In this document: piece after piece, positions 55,168 to 64,000 of the stretch
Numbering within the stretch: position 1 is the stretch's first letter
Layout: each line of letters starts with the position of its first letter
NCBI GenBank assembly: GCA_050613775.1
Contig: JBODTK010000011.1
Span: forward strand, 682,001 to 746,000
Reading direction: 5' to 3'
DNA: 64,000 nt
Source: Neocallimastix sp. 'constans'
Taxonomy: Eukaryota
Position numbers and translations under genes: made by a program
Notes under the pieces: generated by a model
The model's input: the letters and a program-made list of their open reading frames with translations, nothing else
Told to the model about the DNA's origin: nothing
The model's database searches: none

Positions 55168-56771
55168 TATCTTATTTTTTTCATATTATTATTTATCTTT
55201 TATTTTTCTTTTATTGTTGTTATTATTATTTCTATTTCTATTTCTATTTTTTTTAGATGATTATATTTCTCTTAATAAAAAATTTAATCTTTATAAATTG
55301 GAAATAAAGAAAAAATAAAAAAATAAAAAAATAAAAAATAAAAAATAAAAAAAAAAAATAAAAATAAAAATAAAAAAAAAAATTGAATATATAATTTATA
55401 CTTAATCTAAATGAAATTAATTATATACTATACTATAAAATTATACATATATAAAAAACTAGAAACATTTTATTCTAATTTTTTTTTTTTTATTCCATTT
55501 TTATTTTATTTTATTGTCAATTTTTATCATTTTTCAATAATAATTAAATAATAAATATTACATACTTTAATGGATAGAATAATATAACATTTTTATATTT
55601 AATTATAATTTATTTTTTATTTTTACTTTTATTTTTTCTAAAATGATTGTTATATATTATTATCATTATTATAGTTAAAATAATAATAATAATTTTTATA
55701 TTTTTATATTTATTTTTTCTTTTTTATTTTTTTTTATTTTTTATTTTTTTTTCTCTGTTGTTGTTGTTACTTTGATCATAGGTCTAGATATTTTTACTAT
55801 TTTCCATTTTTTAAATTTTAATTATTGATTTTTTTTCTTTTTTTTTTTTTTGTTTTTTTTATGTTGTTTTTAATTCAATTAAGGATGTTTAATCCTTAAA
55901 TATTCTATAATTATATATATATTAAAAAAAAAAAAAAAAAATTATATTACAATAATTGTTAAATTTTTAATTCAAATTTACAAAAAATAATAGATAAAAT
56001 AAAGTAAAATAAAATAATATATATTTTTTATTATTCTATTATACTTTTTTTATTTATATATTTTGTTTTTTTGTAAATCTATATGATTTTTTTTTCTTTT
56101 TTTTGCTGAAAGTAATGGATTTTTTATTGTTTTCTATCTATTTTAATGACATAATTATTTAAAAATATTATAATAATAAATTATAAAAAATAAGTATGAA
56201 ACTAAAAAAAGAAGATCATTAAAATGTGTTAAAATAATTTAAAAATATATATATAAATTGATATATATATATTTTCTTCTTCTTTTAATATAATATACAT
56301 ATTATTAATTTTATAATTGCTATTATTTTAAAATCTATTTTTTTTTTTTTTTTAAAAAAATTATGTCATTCGAATATATAATTAATTAATCAAATATATA
56401 AATTTATCAAAACCTTGAAATTATATATACATAATTATGTAATGATGTTCAATTTATATAATTTTGAAATATTTTGGAAAAAAGGTGTTAAATAAAAAAA
56501 AAAGTAATTTATTAAGCAGTTTTACTAAATTGTAATTATTATTTAAATCATTTAATTGTTAAGGAATGATAATCCTTTATTTTTTCGATTCTTTGTTTTT
56601 ATTTTGTTTTTTTGGTTTTTTGGTTTTCTTTTTTTTTCTTTGTAATTTTTTTTTTTGATTTTAAATAAAAATAATTGGATTATTTTTATTTTCTATTACT
56701 CTTAAACAAATATTAAACAATTCCTGTTTTTATTACTATTAATATTTTTTAATCAATTTCTATATATAGAT

Positions 56772-57588
56772 TTAAATATTTCTTCTATCTATATTTCTTG
56801 GTGGGAAATCGTTTGTAGTATAACTATAACTTCTTTGAGCATATCTTTCATTATTAAGTGCATTATCATTGCTGTAATAAGCAACCGAAGAAGAATTTGA
56901 TTTTTGAACTAATGTGTAATTTCTTGATGGTACTAATACATCAGAAAAATCACTTCTTTGTAAAGTTACACGGTTATATTGGTCAGTATCAATAACGGAA
57001 GAATAACGAATAGGGTTACCATTTCTATCTCTTCTATTAGTACCCATTGGAATTACTGAAGTACTAACAGGTCTTGGAACACTTCTAGCATTAACTATTA
57101 TATAAAATAAATAATATATTTAATATTTATTAATATGACATATTAAATTAAATTCTCTCTCTTTTTTTTTTTTTTTTTTTTTAAAAAAATAAGAGTACGT
57201 TTTATATAATTTTCAATACTTTTTTATTTCTTTTTTTTTTTTTTTAAAAAAAAATAATAAAATTTTCTTTTCCATTTTATTCTATTCAATTTCAATATAT
57301 ATTTAATTTATCATTCGATTTTATGATTAAAAGTTAAAAGAGTTTACCTGTATCTTCCTTTGGTTCATTGTATTCATTATTCCTAACCGGAGGCATTCTA
57401 TAGGTAGTATCGATTTCTCTATTATGATAAAAGTTATTAGAATAATTTTCAATACGGTCTCTTTCATATTGTTGACGTTCCATTACCCAATCGGGGGAAA
57501 TTGAGTTCTTGACTCTTCTCTTAGTGTATTTACCTAATTTCCATTGAGTGTAAGCATATGAACCCTTAATTTTTGATTTTAAACCCAT
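56772..57588 (-). CDS. hypothetical protein, 187 aa. Exons: 57588-57348, 57094-56772
   Basis: Two GC-richer ORFs joined in frame by a phase-1 GT-AG intron. No recognised domain. Confidence 0.7.
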
Positions 57589-58471
57589 TTTTTAACATTA
57601 ATTTATAAAATACTAATATTTATATAATATATATATATTTAGAGAAAAATATATTTTATATAATTATAATAAAATAGGTTAATATTATAGATTTACTAAT
57701 TTTTTTACTAATAAATCATAAACTATTTATATTTAATATTCATATTCATAAATATTAAAGTTCAAACATAATTGAATATCAATAATATGGAATATATATA
57801 TATATATAGTTTTAATTTTATATAAAACATATTTATTTATATATATATATATATAATTTTTTTTTTTTTTTTGCATAAATTACTTTAACATATATTTATA
57901 TTTATTAAATAATGTCTTTATTTAATTTTTTTAAACTAATTGTGTAAAGTGTTAAAAGATATTGATATATTCATCTTATAACTATTATAAAGTAACTTTT
58001 GTTCAAAATAAAACATCACTTAATATTACATACTATTATTTTCTGAATAAATGGAATTAGAAAAATATTAACTTTTTTTTTTTTTAAGACAGAGAAGAAA
58101 TGAAAAGAAAAAAAAAGTTTAAATTATTTATAGAGTGAAAAATTATTCCTTTTATAAAAAAAAAAATTGTATTTTATTTTATGTTAATTAAATATATATG
58201 ATTATATATGATTAATATGATTATAATTTTATAAATATATATTTAATAAAATAAAAAAAATAATAATCATTTAAATTATATATACATCTTTCTTTATATT
58301 AATATATTCAATTCAAATAAATTAGAATAGATTGATAATATATAATAAATCTTAATTTTTAATTTTTTTATTATATAAATCATTGATTTATATTTATAAT
58401 TAATTAACTTTTTTTTTTTTTTTTTTAAATTAAGTTTATATACAATTTACGTAGAGATTAAATTCATTACA

Positions 58472-58960
<489 letters not shown>

Positions 58961-59384
58961 AAATAGTAAATAATAGATTTTGAATAGTAAATAATAGATT
59001 TTGAATAATAAAATTTAAAATTGATTATTTAATATTAAGATAATAATATATTAATAAAAACCTTTGATAATATAAAGTATATTATTTTTTTTTTAAATTT
59101 TTATTTTTTTTTATAAAATTTATTCATATTTTAAATGAGAAAGTATTCAATTATAATTTCTATTATTAATTATTTATGAGGATGTTTCAATTAAAGTAAA
59201 ACATATTAATATAAATATTACCATTTATTATCATTTACTATCAGCTAATACTAACAACCTAACAAGTTGATACTATTGATTAATATAATTATTATCTAAT
59301 ATTTGATATCCTTATTATTTTTAATATTATAGTGATAATAGTATTGTTAATAACAGTAATAATAATAATACTAATAATAATTTT

Positions 59385-59660
<276 letters not shown>

Positions 59661-61308
59661 ATTATATTAATCAGTAATATTTGTAATATTTGTTTTATAT
59701 TATTCAAATTAAATTTATATTATTATTTATTATAATTTATTATTATTTATAATTATAAATAGTAATTATTACTTTTATTAAGATTATTTATTATTATTTA
59801 TGAATATTTACTCATATCTGTTGAAATAAGTAATGATTTACATTATTATATTAAATAAATAAATAAATAGAAATTACATATATTTAATATATTAATATAT
59901 ATATAAACAGTTGAAATCAATTTGTTCATCTTCATTAACTACAATAGTAAATAAATATAAAATTCAATACAATACAATACAATACAATATAAGAATGTAA
60001 AATACAATAAAGGATTAATATAAAATTAATCTAAAATTAATTTAAAAGAATAATAAATAAGTATTAATGAATGAATGTGCCAAAAATGCCAAAATTAATT
60101 AAAATGGTAATTAATTAAAAGTAAAATTTGAAGAAACTAAAATACTTTAAAAAACTTTAAATACATTGCTAAAATAATATATGCTTCAATTCATATTAAT
60201 ATATTCAATATATATGTTCATTTATATTAAAGGAATTAAATTATGAAATAAGGAAAAGAGAAAATGAATACTTAATAAAAATGAATGTAGTATTATATTT
60301 TATTATTTATATATTTATTTATTTATTTATTTATTTATATATTTAATTATATATTTATTTATATTTTATTATTTATTTATATATTTAATTATATATTTAA
60401 TTATATATTTATTTATATTTTATTATTTATTTATATATTTATTTATATTTTATTATTTATATTCATGTTTATTTAATGTAATTATTTTTTATTCATTTTG
60501 TATTTCTATTTTCTATATAACTATTTATATTAATATTAATTAATTATAGGCTATATCTATATATATCTATATATATCTATCGATCAATATATATTTCAAA
60601 ATATATTTCAATGCTTTGTCATTTTACAAAAATTGGAATTACCTAATATTAATAAATAAAGTTTAATAACAAAATTGAACAAAATTAATTTAAATTAACT
60701 TAAATTAAATAAAATTAAATAAAATTTAATTTATGGCCTTTTGAGGTGTAACAACAATTATTTAAATCAAATGATAATATATTATAGTATATTATAATCT
60801 ATGTTACTTAAAAAGTAAATATTAAAATGTGAAACAAAAAAAAATTACTTTTTAGAGTTTATGGGAAAGTCTTAATTTCCAAAAAAAATAAAATAAAATA
60901 AGAAAAAACACATTAAAAATTTCAATATAGCATATATTGCACTGTACTTTAATATACTATTGATTGAATACAAAATAATAGTTAATCATTAAATTAAAAA
61001 GAAAATTGTAAAAGGTTATAATTAGTAATTAATAAGAAAAATGGAAATTATTGTAAATTTTATTTACTATTAAATTGTATTAAATAAAATACGATAAAAT
61101 GGAAGAGAAATTTAAATATTAAATGATTAAATGATTAAATAATAATTGAATAATAAATAAATGAGAAATGAATAATTAAATAATGGAATAATAAATAATG
61201 GATTAATAAATAATTATATATGAATAATAAATAATAAGTAATTGAATAAATAGATAAATAAATAATAAATAATTAAATAATTAAATAATAAATAAATAAA
61301 TAATAAAT

Positions 61309-61339
<31 letters not shown>

Positions 61340-61779
61340 GAATAATAAATAAATAAATAAATAAATAATTGAATAATAAATAATAAATAAATAAATAGAA
61401 AATAAAGTAAAATTTCTTTTATAAAAACAATTTTTTATTAATTTTTTTTAAATTTTTTTTTATTATATATATTCCATTTCTATTCACTTTATATTTGCAA
61501 TAGCTAACAACACTTAAAATAATTAGTATATATATTCCAATAACACTTAAAATCCAATAAACTTTATTAATATATTCAATGTTTTATACTTTATATTTTA
61601 TATCTCTCTAATAGATCTTTTCATGTTTTTTTTTTTTTTTTTAGTAATTAACAATAATAGCTTTAACAATGAATAAGTCATATGAATCATAAATCATAAT
61701 ATGTAATAAAAAATAATAATGATAATAATAGAATAGTAATTTATTCAATTATTATTATTTATTATTTATAATTTATTGT

Positions 61780-62200
61780 TTATTAATAAATACTCTTTTT
61801 TATTATTTATTATTTATTATTTATTAATAAATACTCTTTTTATTATTTATTATTTATTATTTATTAATAAATACTCTTTTTATTATTTATTATTTATTAT
61901 TTATTAATTAATACTCTTTTTATTATTTATAATTTATTAATAAATACTCTTTTTTATTATTTATAATTTATTATTTATAATTCATTATTAATTATTTATT
62001 ATTTATTATTTTATTTATTATTTATTATTTATTATTTATTATTTATTAATAAATACTCTTTTTATTATTTAATATTTAATATTTAATATTTAATATTTAT
62101 TATTTATTTATTATTTATTATTTAATTATTATTTATTATTCCATTATTTATTATTTATTATTTATTAATAAATACTCTTTTTTATTATTTATTATTTATT
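61780..62200. repeat. degenerate minisatellite with a ~39-bp unit containing AATACTCTTTT
   Basis: The core recurs near 61790, 61829, 61869, 61908, 61942, 62050 and 62169. Confidence 0.75.
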
Positions 62201-62676
62201 ATTTATTATATATCATTCAATTATTCCATTATTTATCATTCCATAATTTAATATTTAATATCTACTATTAATTATTAATTAATTATTATACAATTATTAT
62301 TTTTTTACCATCATAATATAAAGAAGATTAAAAGAAAAGAGATAATTATTTTATTTATTATATTTAATAAATAAATCTCTTTATATCAGCTAAATATTTA
62401 TTACAGAAAATATCATAAATTTTTATATACACTTAAAAAAAAATAAAATAAACATATATATTATATATATGTATACAGATAGATAGATATGAATTAAATA
62501 TATACTTAAAATTTTTATTGTTCTTTATTTAAGTTTTTATATGTAAAAATAAAAATTAGAAATTAGTATAAACAAAAACAAAAACAAAAATAACAATAAA
62601 AAATAAAAAATAAGAAATAAGAAATAAAAATATAGATATAGATGATATAGACATTAATTGATATATATATAAATAA

Positions 62677-62714
<38 letters not shown>

Positions 62715-64000
62715 TAATTAGTATTATGGATTGAATTGAATAATATCAAATTTATCGATTTTTATTTATTTATTTTATTTCTTTTTTTTTTATACATATA
62801 ATTAAATAAAAAAAAAAAAAAGATTAAAAAGTATAGCTAAAAAATATATAAATAGAAATCATAAATAATTATTGTTTAATCAACTAAAAAAAAAAAAAAA
62901 AATAATATTAAAGCGTATATATATTTATTTAAATTTTAAATATATATTGAATCAAAATTTTTAATTTGATACGACAGATCATGAAATATTTGTTATTGTT
63001 ATTATTATTTTATTTGTAATATCTACCTGTTGATATTTTCATAATAGATATCATAAAAGAAAAAGAAAATTACAATAAAGTATATAAATTAATATCATAA
63101 AATGAGTGATTTTAATATTACTATTTTTTTTTTTTTTTTTTTTTTTGTAGTTTAATGAGAAATATATATATATGTAAATTTATATTTATAAGATTTATAA
63201 GATTTTTGTGATAAACTAAATATATATTTATATATGTATTTTTTTTTATAGATTATTTTTTTTTATTTTTAAAGTAAAAAATAATAATATTATAATTATG
63301 TTACATTATTAAAAACATTTAGATAATTATGAGAAGTCTATATTAAAAAAAAAATTATTGTTAAGTTTAACTAAAGATTTAAGTGTTATACATTATTAAG
63401 TATTATAATAAATATTTACAATATTTAATTCTATAATAATTGGTGTGTAAAATATAAAAAGGCAAATTATTTTATAATTTAATATTATATTGGGAGTCAT
63501 TTAAATGTTTTTATTGAATAATCATATATATCATCAAATAAATAATAAATAATTAAATAAATAAACAACATTATTATTTTATTTTGTACATATCAAATTT
63601 TATATTGACTCCTTGCCAGATTAAGAGTCTCAAACATGAAGGGACTAATTATTTAATTTTAAATACTAAAATGTTTTAATGATTTTGATTTTGATTTTTT
63701 TTTTTAATTGATATTCCAAAAAATGATTAAAAGAAAAATGATAATAATAATCACATTGAAGAGAGTTTGAGTTCATCGACTCCAACTGATAATAAGGACA
63801 ATGAATTGATCTCTTCATATGACGATGATGATTCAAATCAAAGGAAAAAAAAAAAAAAAACATCATTAATAAATATAATGGCAATATAACGATATCAATC
63901 TTTGAAATCAAAGATTTTTTTTTTTTATTTTAAAAATTAAATAAAGAAAATTTCTTAAACTGGTATGAACCATTAAGAAGATATTTAATTGCTAATGATT

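Noticed and set aside
61780..62200. Regularly spaced repeat as a CRISPR-like array
   Set aside because: The spacers are the same low-complexity TTATTTA sequence; eukaryotic context with no cas genes.
63600..64000. Possible exon or TE relic at the window end
   Set aside because: Interrupted by stops and homopolymers; no recognisable homology.

Overview
Extremely AT-rich eukaryotic DNA with GT-AG introns, a chitin synthase and long poly-A/T and AAT/AAAT tracts. It is most consistent with an anaerobic gut fungus (Neocallimastigomycota), which is inferred. Bases 1-20044 are a stack of Ty3/gypsy LTR retrotransposons ending 17 bp upstream of a tRNA-Ser(GCU) gene. The stack contains: the 3' end of element A; two LTRs of family C (one a solo LTR with a GTATC TSD); full-length element B (tRNA-Ala PBS, UUUAAAC plus pseudoknot -1 frameshift, TA...CA LTRs); and, nested in B's RT, a very recent chromovirus D. 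D has apparently identical LTRs, a Tf1-type self-priming PBS and a tRNA-like Pol III A/B-box cassette in its LTR. The rest of the window holds decayed LINE, chromovirus and copia relics, a candidate tRNA-headed SINE, and host genes: chitin synthase, an ankyrin-repeat protein, a 7-exon PP2C, a 5-exon signal peptidase subunit SPC2 and a 2-exon unknown gene. The most notable signals are apparent Ty3-like tRNA-gene-targeted integration by two LTR families and the Pol III cassette in the chromovirus LTR.
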